Shown: positions 46,114 to 56,252 of the stretch, piece after piece
How the letters are laid out: every line of letters begins with the position of its first letter
Position numbering within the stretch: the stretch's first letter is position 1
Source: a virus
Length of the DNA stretch: 64,000 bases
Strand: one strand, 5' to 3'
IMG/VR virus record: IMGVR_UViG_3300036820_000010
Span: 1-64,000 of that record
The notes under the pieces: model-generated
Databases searched by the model: none
What the model was told of the DNA's origin: nothing
Seen by the model: the letters and a program-made list of their open reading frames with translations, nothing else
Position numbers and translations under genes: made by a program

Positions 46114-46489
46114 CGAACTTCTCCCGGTTGACAGGTTCACCGTTGAGGGTATAGACGAGGAACAGGCCTCCCTTGCAGTGACAAGGGGAGAACATGGACT
46201 TGTCCTCGGTGTAAGCAACGGTCTCGCACCCGCAGTCAAAGCACTTCATGACTGCGTTGCAAGGAGTAGGAGCCTCAGATCCCGGGGATGACCCCTCAGT
46301 TGTGATCCCGACCACTCCATCGTCAGGTAGAGATAAGACCATGATCAAGGCCTGCCTCATCTTAGAACCCATGTTCAGGATACGAACTGCCTGATCTTCT
46401 CCTGGATGCTCCTCGTCTAGAAAAATCAGGTTCTTCTTACCCGCAGTAGTCTCAACCCAGATGTATCCGTTCCTATCTAAATCAATCAT
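46091..46489 (-). CDS. Hypothetical zinc-ribbon protein
   Basis: CFDC..CHC. Confidence 0.55.
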   Translation of the reverse strand: MIDLDRNGYIWVETTAGKKNLIFLDEEHPGEDQAVRILNMGSKMRQALIMVLSLPDDGVVGITTEGSSPGSEAPTPCNAVMKCFDCGCETVAYTEDKSMFSPCHCKGGLFLVYTLNGEPVNREKFGVETPSH

Positions 46490-48189
46490 GGGACTCCTGT
46501 CAAATTTCTCAGAATAGACGCTAGGTCAGCATTCGAGATCTTCGAGATCGAAGGCAACTTTCCGGCTAGGTTACTCTCGACTAAATCATCAATCGTGTTC
46601 ATCGCCTTGAGGGTGATGATCAAGGGAGAATGCTTCAGTCCGATTCTCAACACCCGGTGCAACGACTGCACATAGTCGTCAGCCGCCCAGGTCTTGTCCA
46701 AATAGACCATGGTCCTGGTGTTCTGCAAGTTTTGCCCGAAGCGCCCAACTGGGATCGACAGGATCAAGATGTCTGTCTCACCTGCCTTGTAGCGGGCGAG
46801 TTTCTCCTCGTTCTCACGAGACCCCTTGTCTGAAGTCGCTCCGTGTACCCAGTCTACCCGCAGGGACATCCCTTTCCAGCCTAGCTTGGTCGCAACGTCG
46901 GACTGAAGAAGACGCTCCTTCAAGGCCCCGGCTGACGGAAGCCAATTCGTCCAGATGACACAAGGAAAGTCGAAACTGCGAGCAGTGATCATGTCCACGA
47001 TCGCGTCCGCCTTGCAAGACGAGTGCTCTCCCCCGATGTTGATCGTGTCAGTAGTAATCTGCTGCAAGCGGATGAGCTGAGCCAGGACAGTCGAGGCTTG
47101 GACCTTGACCCCGTTGTCCAAGGTAGCCGTGAACTTGGTCAACATGTCTGAGTACGCGTCTAACTGCTTGCGAGTCAGAGTAACCTCGACCAACTGCGGG
47201 ATCGCCTGTGGGAGTTGGGAGTACACCTCTGCCTGATTCCTAACAAACATCAGGTCTGAGAAATCAGCATTCAAGTCTCGGTCCTCCCTCGACCCCTCGA
47301 TCACGGTCCCCCAGATGCCTTGGTCAACCCAGGTGTAGCGATTCGCAAACCTCCAGAAGGAGCGCAAACCCCCAGGTTCACACAGGTGCAGTTGCGTCCA
47401 CAGGTCGTCAGCATATCTGGTCGAAGGAGACCCCGTCAGTTCCCACCATCTGTCAGCAAAAGGCCTGAGTTTCAGAAGAGACTTGAACCTGCGTGTCTGG
47501 CGATTCTTGACCAAAACCGACTCATCGACGATGACCAGATCCCAATGCCGCAGGAAAGTATCTAAACGTTTTCCGACGACAGTGTCCCAGTTGGTCACGT
47601 ACCAGCCTTCTTCTAAGGGAGGATCCTTCTCTAGACGAACCAAACGAGTATCAGGAGCAAACCACTTCTGTTCCTCGGTTACCCACTGGGAGACTAGATC
47701 CTTAATCGTGAAGACCAGTACTGACTTGAGACGAAGGCGCCTACCCGACAGGAGCGAGACGAGAGTCTTGCCTAGACCAGGACTCAAGACCAACATCTGA
47801 CCTGGCTTGGGATCCTGCACCAACCTGTCCGAAGCCTCCTTCTGGAAGTCGTACAGACGGGAGTAAACTGCACGGAGAGACGCGATCTCTCCGGTAGACC
47901 CCATCTTCTCGACATCTTGTGCAGGGGTATAGATTTTCGTGGAGAGACGACGTCTCGCTGCGTCAGTGACTTCCATCCGGGGAAAAATCTCTAGGGCAGT
48001 CAATGCGTAAACCTGCAGGTCTGGCATCGTGTACTCACCACGAGACTTGTTCCAGGTCACCTGCAACCTGTCCCGAATCAATTTGGGAGTTGTCGCAGGT
48101 GGACGGAACCGAAAGAGTTTCCCGTCATGGTCAAGGCGCCCGGTGAAGGGGAGGGTGGGCACTTTGCCCACCCCAGGTGCTACCCCCAC
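46486..48189 (-). CDS. SNF2-family helicase
   Basis: LYDFQ, PGLGKT, VIVDES, LTGSP, GQNLQ, Q..HRVLRIG. Confidence 0.88.
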   Translation of the reverse strand: MGVAPGVGKVPTLPFTGRLDHDGKLFRFRPPATTPKLIRDRLQVTWNKSRGEYTMPDLQVYALTALEIFPRMEVTDAARRRLSTKIYTPAQDVEKMGSTGEIASLRAVYSRLYDFQKEASDRLVQDPKPGQMLVLSPGLGKTLVSLLSGRRLRLKSVLVFTIKDLVSQWVTEEQKWFAPDTRLVRLEKDPPLEEGWYVTNWDTVVGKRLDTFLRHWDLVIVDESVLVKNRQTRRFKSLLKLRPFADRWWELTGSPSTRYADDLWTQLHLCEPGGLRSFWRFANRYTWVDQGIWGTVIEGSREDRDLNADFSDLMFVRNQAEVYSQLPQAIPQLVEVTLTRKQLDAYSDMLTKFTATLDNGVKVQASTVLAQLIRLQQITTDTINIGGEHSSCKADAIVDMITARSFDFPCVIWTNWLPSAGALKERLLQSDVATKLGWKGMSLRVDWVHGATSDKGSRENEEKLARYKAGETDILILSIPVGRFGQNLQNTRTMVYLDKTWAADDYVQSLHRVLRIGLKHSPLIITLKAMNTIDDLVESNLAGKLPSISKISNADLASILRNLTGVP

Positions 48190-48737
48190 TACGCAGAGTC
48201 AATCTTACGGTAGTGGGTGTCGAGACGATACCCAACCGGCTGTTCCTCTGTCCGCCTCCCAAACGGGGACACCCCAACTGAGTGCGAGCAGTGGGGGCAA
48301 CGAATCCTCTTCTTGCGATAGTCCCAAGGGTTCCTGTCCCTCAGGACTGCTCCGTGCAGGATCTCAAGGCTTTCCTCCTCGACATCGAGGCCTGATCCCT
48401 CACACTTGACATGGTTCGGGTGCTCGCGCAGGAACTTCCCCCGAGCAGGATTGTCCTCGTCTATCTCTTCCGACTCGGACTCGTCCTCACCCCCGTCAGA
48501 CTCTGACTCTCCTTCGTCGAGGTCGACTTCAGTCTCATCGTCGACCAGGTCGGAGTCCTCCCCGTCTTCGGTTTCAGGATCTAGGTCGTCGTCACGCTCT
48601 TCTGCCATCGAGTCCTCCTCAGAAGTTTGATCTCCCGGAGGAACTATGGCCGGGGCGGCCGCTATCTCCTCTACTCGCGCCCGTCGCCTTTCTTCTGCCC
48701 TTCTCGCCTTCTCCTCCGGGGACAGTGCTTTTGTCAT
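48189..48737 (-). CDS. Acidic protein with a C-terminal zinc ribbon
   Basis: D/E tract; CEGSG..CPHC..H. Confidence 0.6.
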   Translation of the reverse strand: MTKALSPEEKARRAEERRRARVEEIAAAPAIVPPGDQTSEEDSMAEERDDDLDPETEDGEDSDLVDDETEVDLDEGESESDGGEDESESEEIDEDNPARGKFLREHPNHVKCEGSGLDVEEESLEILHGAVLRDRNPWDYRKKRIRCPHCSHSVGVSPFGRRTEEQPVGYRLDTHYRKIDSA

Positions 48738-49054
48738 CCTAACAGCTCCTGACTGTTTACTTGACGGGAATCCTCGAGGCGTTTCTGTTCCTCAACTGCG
48801 ATTCGACGCAGGTCCTCGAACACCACCTCAAGTTCAAGTTCTAGGTCCATATACTTGTGGGCGACTGCTTTCGGGGACAACTCCATCACGGACATCCACT
48901 TCTGGATCGTCCCCCGTGACAAGTCGAGTTGGTCTCCTACCTCCTGGTAAGTCAAACCCCGCTCCCAGTACAAACGCCTCAACACCCACTCGATTGGGCC
49001 TCGACGTCTCTCAACCTCCAGCATGGCTTGGGTCTTCGGGTACTCGGGCATCAC
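48734..49054 (-). CDS. HTH protein
   Basis: LRRLYWERGLTYQEVGDQLDLSRGTIQKWM. Confidence 0.7.
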   Translation of the reverse strand: MMPEYPKTQAMLEVERRRGPIEWVLRRLYWERGLTYQEVGDQLDLSRGTIQKWMSVMELSPKAVAHKYMDLELELEVVFEDLRRIAVEEQKRLEDSRQVNSQELLG

Positions 49055-49253
49055 CCGACTTCCCAGCCTAGAGCCTGCTCAGGGGATACTGCTGACTGCA
49101 CTCGAACTCCGGGATACCTAGCATTACGAGACTTTTTGTACTTCCGACGAATCTCATCCCCAACCTCTTTGCCTGAAGTAGCAGTTCGAAAGGGACCGAT
49201 CGGAGGAGACTCATGCCCCTCCTTATCCCAGATCATGGTCAAAACGTAGACGG

Positions 49254-50600
49254 TCACCTCCGAATCATCTCCTTCTGGACGGGCCCGACCACTTGCCCGA
49301 AAGTCGGAGTACGACGCGCACCGTGAATCTCCTCGGTCGTCAACCACAGGGTCGGAATCTTCGGGTCAACTGCTTGAGAAACACTCCACTCCATGTCAGT
49401 GACGATGATGAGCCACTCGTAGTTACCTTCCTTGGCTATCTCGGCGATCGAGGGAGACAGGTCAGTTCCACCACGCCCTTGCCACTCTAGGGGAATCTGC
49501 ATCGGGAAGTCAAAACGACTGAAGGTACGATCAGCACCCACGATCGTCCGCGTATCCGCCTGGCGCATGCGCACCTTGCAGTCAGGAAAGATCTGAAGCG
49601 CCCTCTCGATGAAGGTAATAGCCACCTGGCAGTCAGAAGAGTCCATCGACCCTGACGTGTCCACCAAGACCATACCCTCGCCCAATTCTCTAGCCCGAAG
49701 AGACGGAAGTATCACGTCACTCCGGTAGACACTCCTCCGGTTAGGCCGAGAGTACGAGGTGCGGGTCGGCGCGTACCGAGTCATGAACTGCTTCAAGAGA
49801 GACTCAACATCGATCTTCGCCTCGGTCTCGACCCTCGAAACTTCCTTAACCCAACCCGGAAGGTTCCCGCAGTTCTTCGAGGTCATCACCCCAGTCGCGA
49901 CCCGGTCTTCCCACTCCTCCTTGGCCTGGGCGACGTTCTTCTTCTTCTGCGCGTCAGATCGATTGTCCTCGCCTGACTGAGACGACTCTGAACCCGGAGT
50001 AGTACTTTGGGCCTGACTCGTCTGCCCCTGCCTGTCACCCTCTCCCTCGGCCTTGCCTGAGATCGAAGGGTGCGGCATGACTTCTCCGACCGAGACAGGA
50101 GTACCCTGGCCCTGGCCTTGGCCTTGACCTTGACCTTCCTGGCCTTTCATCTCCTCGGCTATCTTCTGCAAGAGATCCTTCAACTGCTCGTAGTACCACT
50201 CGGCCGAACGACCTGCCTCGACATCCCGGAACCTACCTACCTCGGGTACACAACCCAACCGCATCACGATTCCGGTCGGGTCGCAGTACTCCTTGATGTA
50301 GTAGTTCAGGGCGAGGTCAGCGGCCAGGTTCCACTCCTGGGCCGGGATCTGCCCGAACCTGAAGTGATGACCTAGGAACAGGTGACCCGCCTCATGCAGG
50401 ATGATCTCCTGGACATCTCGAATCGACATCTTGTCGATGAAATCCGAGTTGTAGTACAGGTGAACTCCATCGGTCGCAGCCGTCGTGATCACGAGACTCC
50501 TGATCTCGACAACTTGCAACGCTGAGATCATGGCCGCGAAGTACGGGTGATGGTCGTAGACGTGATCGAAGCCTCTACGGATTTTATCTCGTGCCTTCAT
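49254..50600 (-). CDS. Metallopeptidase-like (HExxH) plus VWA domain protein (DUF2201-like), leaderless
   Basis: TAATDG..YN..HEAGH..WNLAAD..N; GQ-repeat linker; RPNRR; VDTSGSM; GRGGTD. Confidence 0.85.
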   Translation of the reverse strand: MKARDKIRRGFDHVYDHHPYFAAMISALQVVEIRSLVITTAATDGVHLYYNSDFIDKMSIRDVQEIILHEAGHLFLGHHFRFGQIPAQEWNLAADLALNYYIKEYCDPTGIVMRLGCVPEVGRFRDVEAGRSAEWYYEQLKDLLQKIAEEMKGQEGQGQGQGQGQGTPVSVGEVMPHPSISGKAEGEGDRQGQTSQAQSTTPGSESSQSGEDNRSDAQKKKNVAQAKEEWEDRVATGVMTSKNCGNLPGWVKEVSRVETEAKIDVESLLKQFMTRYAPTRTSYSRPNRRSVYRSDVILPSLRARELGEGMVLVDTSGSMDSSDCQVAITFIERALQIFPDCKVRMRQADTRTIVGADRTFSRFDFPMQIPLEWQGRGGTDLSPSIAEIAKEGNYEWLIIVTDMEWSVSQAVDPKIPTLWLTTEEIHGARRTPTFGQVVGPVQKEMIRR

Positions 50601-50708
50601 GCTTTAATTATAGTACATGCAGGAGGGGCCTGCACAGTTTTTCTAACTTAAATTGAGAAGAAGGAGACCCTCCTAGAGAAGGCCCCCCTCCTGAATTCTT
50701 AAGAAAAA

Positions 50709-51269
50709 CTACGGAGCAGTCGTCGTCCAAACTCCAGGCGTCGAGTCGAACCCCGAGTCGGCAGTCCAGTGAACGGTACTGACACTGACTCCGTTGGGCA
50801 GTTCGAAGGCGACTAGACCCTTCAAGGAAGTACCGGGCGTGAGGTTGAAGTCACCCCCATCGAAGTTGGTTCCCTCAGACAGAGACCCGATATACTCCTG
50901 GTAGACCTGACCGTTGCTCCCGATTATCGTAGCGTCGTTGTTGGCATCGTCGTTGACGGTACCCGAGACCCCGGTCAGGGTGAACATAGCACCCACGAAC
51001 CTATCTCCATTGTCAGGAACAGTGAACTCATCCGCTCCCTGGGCAGGATCGATGACCTGGGTGAGCTGCACGGTGTAGACGTTCCCCTGGCTATCGGTCA
51101 CCTGGAAGGTTCCACCGATTTGCTGGGGACCTGCGGGCGGAGTTGGAGTCGACTTGGCCTGAGACCCTGACTTAGGCGGGTTGACAGAAGCCGTCGGACT
51201 CACCGTCCCGCACCCGGCCACGAACAGGGCAGCGACAAAGGCTACCGCAATCACGATTATCTTGGTCAT
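50709..51269 (-). CDS. Lipoprotein (DUF4352-like), possible superinfection exclusion
   Basis: Signal peptide ending VAGC; LTPG..GLVAFELP. Confidence 0.7.
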   Translation of the reverse strand: MTKIIVIAVAFVAALFVAGCGTVSPTASVNPPKSGSQAKSTPTPPAGPQQIGGTFQVTDSQGNVYTVQLTQVIDPAQGADEFTVPDNGDRFVGAMFTLTGVSGTVNDDANNDATIIGSNGQVYQEYIGSLSEGTNFDGGDFNLTPGTSLKGLVAFELPNGVSVSTVHWTADSGFDSTPGVWTTTAP

Positions 51270-51341
51270 TCGCTTTCGACCTCCTAGGGTCATTCCGAGG
51301 TTACCTGGGCCAGAACTGTTCAAGAGGGGAAGCGAGGCCCC

Positions 51342-52208
51342 TTAGGCCTCGCTCTTGTCCCACCCACTGATGTCGTCGAGGATAGATCCTGCCTTGGACT
51401 GGAGACGCTCCTTGCCTCCCTCCTCCGACCGAACCTCCTCGGCCGTCATCCCGCCGAGTTCCTTCGAGACCTTCTGGATCAGAGCGGTGATCTTGGGGTC
51501 GTTGGTCAGGTTCAGGGCGGGCGCCTGCTCCAGAAGAGCGTTCAGGGACTCAAGAGTCGTCTTGTGAACCCTCTCCCCCTTCGCGATCTTCGAGACAGCG
51601 TCGACCAGACGGTGGACGATGTCAGACGTCGCCTGCGCGATCTGCTTCTGGGTGTTGGCCACGACCCGGTCGCGAATCTCGTCCTGCACTTCCTGGGACA
51701 CGTGACGTAGACGAAAGTCCTTGGACGGAAGAGGGGTCTCTTCGGTCTCGAAGGCAAAAGCGCTATCCATCTTCTCGACACTCGGGAAGGGAACATCTTC
51801 AGCGACCGAGGGTCCGACCCTCTCAAGGTAGTTCTGGACCAGCTCGTCCCGCTGCGAGATGACCTTCTGCGCCTCGTCCAGATACTCCTGTTCGTACTTG
51901 CGCATCTCCGACATGAACTCTTGGTAAGAAGTAATCGGGAGGATCCGGAAGTCCTCGGACCAGGGGAGAGTCTTCTCCTTGAAGTAAGCCTTGGCCGCAG
52001 TGTAGACCCGGTTCAAGGGCCCGAGAACCGTCCACTGGATTACCTGGACGTACCCCTTGACCGAGGCCTTGTCCGCCTCCAACGACTCCGCCGCCGCCGA
52101 GGTGACCGTCTTGCTCGAGGTCAGGACTCCAAGTTGCGTGATCCTGAGGCGAACCAGGATCGCATCCCGAGACAGATCGAACGAAGAAGGCGAGTTCTGC
52201 ACGTACAT
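51342..52208 (-). CDS. Conserved helical phage protein (DUF3150-like)
   Basis: KTLPW..FRILP..LNLTNDP; own promoter TTGCAG-17-TATAAT (52271-52243). Confidence 0.6.
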   Translation of the reverse strand: MYVQNSPSSFDLSRDAILVRLRITQLGVLTSSKTVTSAAAESLEADKASVKGYVQVIQWTVLGPLNRVYTAAKAYFKEKTLPWSEDFRILPITSYQEFMSEMRKYEQEYLDEAQKVISQRDELVQNYLERVGPSVAEDVPFPSVEKMDSAFAFETEETPLPSKDFRLRHVSQEVQDEIRDRVVANTQKQIAQATSDIVHRLVDAVSKIAKGERVHKTTLESLNALLEQAPALNLTNDPKITALIQKVSKELGGMTAEEVRSEEGGKERLQSKAGSILDDISGWDKSEA

Positions 52209-52304
52209 GACTCCTTTTCTAGAATTCCGCTTAACATCTATTATTATAAGGCACTCAGGAAGAAACTGCAAGCAAAATCCTGACAAATTTAAGGAGAAAA
52301 TAAA

Positions 52305-52333
52305 GAGACCGGACCCCCTAGGGGCCCGGCCTC
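52305..52333 (-). terminator. Probable intrinsic terminator
   Basis: GC-rich hairpin around CTAG followed by a T-rich tract on the minus strand. Confidence 0.45.
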
Positions 52334-52349
52334 CTTGTGATGGGGGGTC

Positions 52350-52811
52350 CTAGTTAGCCGGGTGTCCAGTATCCGGGAAACCCGGAACCACAGGCGCTGT
52401 CTGCACCTGAGACCCGACAACTGCAGGAGTTCCCCCACCCGAGCCGGTTCCCGTCGTCTGCGTTGACGGGGGAGTCGGCGTCGAGGTCGGAGTTGGAGTA
52501 GAAGTTGGGACAGGCGTCGGAGTCGGAGTAGGCACAGGAGTTGGAGTAGCCGTCGGGGATGGGCAAGGGGTGGGCTTGACGCAGTCGTGGTTGTTCCCAC
52601 CCTGGTCATTTCCACCCTGCAGAATCACCCCATAAGTCTGACCCCCACAGTTCTTACCCCCGTTGCCTCCATTACCTCCCTGGCCACCGTTCCCCTGGTT
52701 GTTATTCCCACCGGAGAAGTTAGCACTCGCCGAGATAGAGAAGACAACTAAACCGACCAGGATTGCGGCCACCCCCAGGATGACCTTGATTGACTTGAGA
52801 CCTCTGATCAC
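52350..52811 (-). CDS. Secreted Gly/Asn-rich protein with PT linker and FPDTG motif
   Basis: Signal peptide (ASA), (PT)n tract, C-terminal FPDTG; SD AGGAGG. Confidence 0.7.
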   Translation of the reverse strand: MIRGLKSIKVILGVAAILVGLVVFSISASANFSGGNNNQGNGGQGGNGGNGGKNCGGQTYGVILQGGNDQGGNNHDCVKPTPCPSPTATPTPVPTPTPTPVPTSTPTPTSTPTPPSTQTTGTGSGGGTPAVVGSQVQTAPVVPGFPDTGHPAN

Positions 52812-52859
52812 TGCAACCTCCTCAGGTTTTCTATTCCGTACTGCCCCAGGATGATATCG

Positions 52860-53551
52860 GATCCACCAACTTAGATTTTAAGGAGGGCACCCAAGATTTT
52901 TAGGCCTTGGGCGCCCGGAAGGAAGGGAGTCAACCTTGGTTAGGACCTCGACACCGAGATCTTCGATCAGGCCCGTCTGCCTAGGCACTAAGTGAAAAAC
53001 AGTCAACCCTTAACGCAGAGTGCACTTCCGACTGGGGGTGTATAGTTTCACTCCTAGACCTGCTGCAGCATTTCAGCAGAAAGGCCCGATCGAAGTAGAC
53101 AGTAAGAAGCGGGGAGCGAGATTCCTGAAAGCCAGAAAGTTAAGGAAAGGCAGTGTTTCGGGGTGAGAGTCCCCCCTACTAAGGGCCTTTCCCCGTCCCA
53201 ACTCTACTCAATCTCAGCCGGACGACAGTGACCCCTAACTTCATCACCTGCCCGGGACTCCCCTGAGGCAGCTCGAGCTTACCTCTTGCTGTCTACCTAC
53301 CGGATTGACTTGTCACCTATTTCGGTTGGATAGACAGGCCTACTCATCCTCCCCGGGACACTCAAGTTGTAAACTAAGTCAACCCTAGATACCTGAGTAA
53401 GGGGGGAGTTTCGACACTTTCAGACTATCTACCCAACCCATCCGCAATCGAACTCGCGGACAAGGTGGAGGAAGCGCGGGTCCTATGACCAAAGACCCAA
53501 GCATGGGAACCTACCTTGCCTCCCCCACCTTGTCCGCGTATTCAACTGACA
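52860..53551 (-). ncRNA. Candidate large structured noncoding RNA (or long structured leader)
   Basis: No long ORF; several 8-14 bp stems, some nested; TTGCAT-17-TATAAT promoter at 53586-53558. Confidence 0.5.
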
Positions 53552-53595
53552 ACTATGATTATAGCGCCACCAAGCCTCGAATGCAACCGAAATCC

Positions 53596-53862
53596 TCAAC
53601 TCTTTTCGTGGGCGCCCAAGGCCTTAAGACTACCCTGAGGCAAAGACTCGATATCGATGATCGGACCTGCCTCACCCGCGGCAGAGATATCAGGCACTCC
53701 CTCAGCAATGACCAGAATCTCGTAGTCTAGCCTCATCCTCTGACCCACAGACACCCAAGCCTCACCCCCGCCTATCACCTTGACCAGAACTCGAGAGCCT
53801 TCGATCTTACGGATCTCGACTTCTGCGACCGCATGCAACTCCCCTGAGACCCCAGACCTCAT
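53596..53862 (-). CDS. Hypothetical protein
   Basis: TGATG overlap. Confidence 0.5.
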   Translation of the reverse strand: MRSGVSGELHAVAEVEIRKIEGSRVLVKVIGGGEAWVSVGQRMRLDYEILVIAEGVPDISAAGEAGPIIDIESLPQGSLKALGAHEKS

Positions 53863-54143
53863 CAGGACCTCCCGCTGTCAAGACTTGGAATATCAGGATG
53901 TCTTGAGAAGAACTCCTCGGAAGAGATCCTCAACAAGTGGAAGGAGACTACATCCTCGAGAAGGGAATAGTACCTGAGCATCCATTCTTCTTGCCCGACA
54001 GCGATACCTTCCTCAACACCCTCCCGGTACCTCATCTCCTGGACTGTCTCGGGCCTCCTGATGACCAACTCATAATAGACCTCAGGGTCAACCTCAACTA
54101 CCCTGCCTGAGGAAAGATGCACAAAGTCTTTGTCCAGGGTCAT
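53862..54143 (-). CDS. Hypothetical protein
   Basis: ATGA overlap (MTLDKDF start). Confidence 0.55.
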   Translation of the reverse strand: MTLDKDFVHLSSGRVVEVDPEVYYELVIRRPETVQEMRYREGVEEGIAVGQEEWMLRYYSLLEDVVSFHLLRISSEEFFSRHPDIPSLDSGRS

Positions 54144-55138
54144 CGCCTCAGTTTGAACACCTGATCCTTGACCAGTAGGGGCTTGTCCTCTGGACCCTTG
54201 ACGAACGGATCGATCCAGATCTGACGATGATCCTGCAGTGATGGGTACCACTGCTGCCTCCAGAATCCGCCTGTCGCACCCCCGACGATCCAGCGATGAT
54301 CCCAGTTGACCCCGATCGGGTCATGGTCAGAATGGGGTCTCTTGGGAACTGCTCGACGCAGAGTGACCACTTGGATTTCCTGGACCTTAGACTTAGTCTT
54401 CCTCTCGATGCCCCTTCTGATCTGACGAGGCAAATGAGCAGTCTCACGGACTGCCACCCTCTGCTGGCACATAGCGAAGAATGCCACCAAGACCAAGTAG
54501 TCTGGCTTAACTGACTCTTTCTGCCCCTCTTCCCTCTCACTCTCCTTTAGGGTCTTCCCGAATTCGAAGGCAGTAAAATGCAGGAGAGACAAACGAGGAA
54601 GTTGACCCAACATATCCGAGTGCCTCTCTAGGACATCCCGAAAGATCCCCTGGTTGACCTCGTCCAACGGGTCTTGCATGTCCGACCAGAACCCGACCAA
54701 GACCCCAAAACGTCCGTCTACCTCAGGGTACTGAACTGACTTCCAAGACATAGCGCAGGTCCTGCAAGTCTTTCCATGGACCTCTTTGAAGGTCAAGTAC
54801 TCTGACAGGATCATCACCCCGTCAGGAGAAGGCAAGTCTGACTCTAAGAGACGCTGGTCGTCCATCGACTCTGCCGCCTTCAAGAGGAGGTTAGACATCT
54901 CGCGAGTAACCAGATAGACAGGAGCGTCCCGAAAGGGACCTAAGACTCCCCCTGCCCAGGACTCGAAGTTGAAGTTAGTACCTATCTTCGTGTTGAGAGA
55001 ATCCAAAAACCCCTGGAAGACCCTGTGACCCAAAGAAGTCTTAGACCAAGAATAGAGATTAGTAACCAACGAAATCCCGTCAGCGGCCGTCCCCCACAAG
55101 GGGGGAGGCCCACTAACCAGAGAAGGCTTCTGACTCAT
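54140..55138 (-). CDS. Conserved phage hypothetical protein
   Basis: LPSPDG..HRWIV.G.WRQQWYPS..H..IWIDPFVKGP. Confidence 0.7.
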   Translation of the reverse strand: MSQKPSLVSGPPPLWGTAADGISLVTNLYSWSKTSLGHRVFQGFLDSLNTKIGTNFNFESWAGGVLGPFRDAPVYLVTREMSNLLLKAAESMDDQRLLESDLPSPDGVMILSEYLTFKEVHGKTCRTCAMSWKSVQYPEVDGRFGVLVGFWSDMQDPLDEVNQGIFRDVLERHSDMLGQLPRLSLLHFTAFEFGKTLKESEREEGQKESVKPDYLVLVAFFAMCQQRVAVRETAHLPRQIRRGIERKTKSKVQEIQVVTLRRAVPKRPHSDHDPIGVNWDHRWIVGGATGGFWRQQWYPSLQDHRQIWIDPFVKGPEDKPLLVKDQVFKLRR

Positions 55139-55139
55139 G

Positions 55140-56252
55140 TCAGAACTGCTCAACCTTCTTCTGTCCAAAGTCGACCGACACCCTAGATGCAGAAGGCCTG
55201 TTGTTCTTGGTCTTCCACAAGTGGTACTGAGGAGCAGTCAGAGTGCGCGGGATGTCTTCGACCAGACGGCGGACCAAGTAGGTCGAGGGCTCTTCTGGCC
55301 AGCGCATCCCGTAGACCAGAATTGCGTTAACTGCGTCCTCGTTACCCTTAGCGTAGTTGACCAGAGACAGAGTCAGAGAGTACAGGAGGGAAGGTTCCTT
55401 CGGGATCTTGACCGACTCAGGGGAGTCCAGGATCTCTTGAATCTGAGGGACCTCCTCGAACATCTTCTTGTACTGTAGAAACTCGGTCGCCGCACCCTCA
55501 CCGATGCAACCCGCCATCAGCGCCTTGGTGATGTCCTTGGTCTCGAACTTACCTTCTAAGGAGAGTTCCTCGGCTACCCCCAGGATCCTATCCGCGTACT
55601 CGAAGGACCGTGGAGTAGCGTAGGCCATGTCGGTAACGTCTGGCTTCTCCTTCGCTGCCCCGTTCGCCCAGACCTCCTGACGAAAGGCAGCAAACCCCTG
55701 CAGTAAAGGAGAAACATCGCCCAACTTCTGGGCCCAAGCAAGAAAAGAGCGAAGAGCATCCTGGGACCCAATCTCGATGTAGAGGTGACACATGCGGTTG
55801 GCCGCCGCCTTCGACAGAGGAGTAGTCCCGATGTCAGAAGTCGAGTTCCCAGCCAAGATCACGAAGGCGTTCTTGGAGAGTTCGTGCCCATTCAACTTCC
55901 GGTCCAGGATCAACTGCAGGGCAGTATTCTGAACGTCGAGGCGAGCCCGGTCGAACTCATCGAGGAACACGATCGCCTTCTCGTCAGTATCGAAGGGGAG
56001 CGTCTGAGGCATGAGGTACGTGAGGACCTTGTGCCCATCCTCCGCATCCTGGGGATAGGGAATCCCGCCTAAGTCAGAAGGTTCCTTGTCCGAGAGTCGG
56101 TAGTCGTAGATCTTGTAGTCCAGACGCTCCGCGATCTGCCTGACTACCGAGGACTTCCCGATCCCAACCGGACCCCACAGGGCAACCGGGACCTGAGCGA
56201 CGAAACAAGTCACCGTCGCACGCTCCGCCTGCTCCAAGGTGATGAACTGCAT
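55140..56252 (-). CDS. MoxR-like AAA+ ATPase
   Basis: GPVGIGKS, SDLGGIP, FLDEFDRA, AGN, NRM, ATPRS; promoter TTGCGT-17-TATAAT (56339-56311). Confidence 0.88.
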   Translation of the reverse strand: MQFITLEQAERATVTCFVAQVPVALWGPVGIGKSSVVRQIAERLDYKIYDYRLSDKEPSDLGGIPYPQDAEDGHKVLTYLMPQTLPFDTDEKAIVFLDEFDRARLDVQNTALQLILDRKLNGHELSKNAFVILAGNSTSDIGTTPLSKAAANRMCHLYIEIGSQDALRSFLAWAQKLGDVSPLLQGFAAFRQEVWANGAAKEKPDVTDMAYATPRSFEYADRILGVAEELSLEGKFETKDITKALMAGCIGEGAATEFLQYKKMFEEVPQIQEILDSPESVKIPKEPSLLYSLTLSLVNYAKGNEDAVNAILVYGMRWPEEPSTYLVRRLVEDIPRTLTAPQYHLWKTKNNRPSASRVSVDFGQKKVEQF

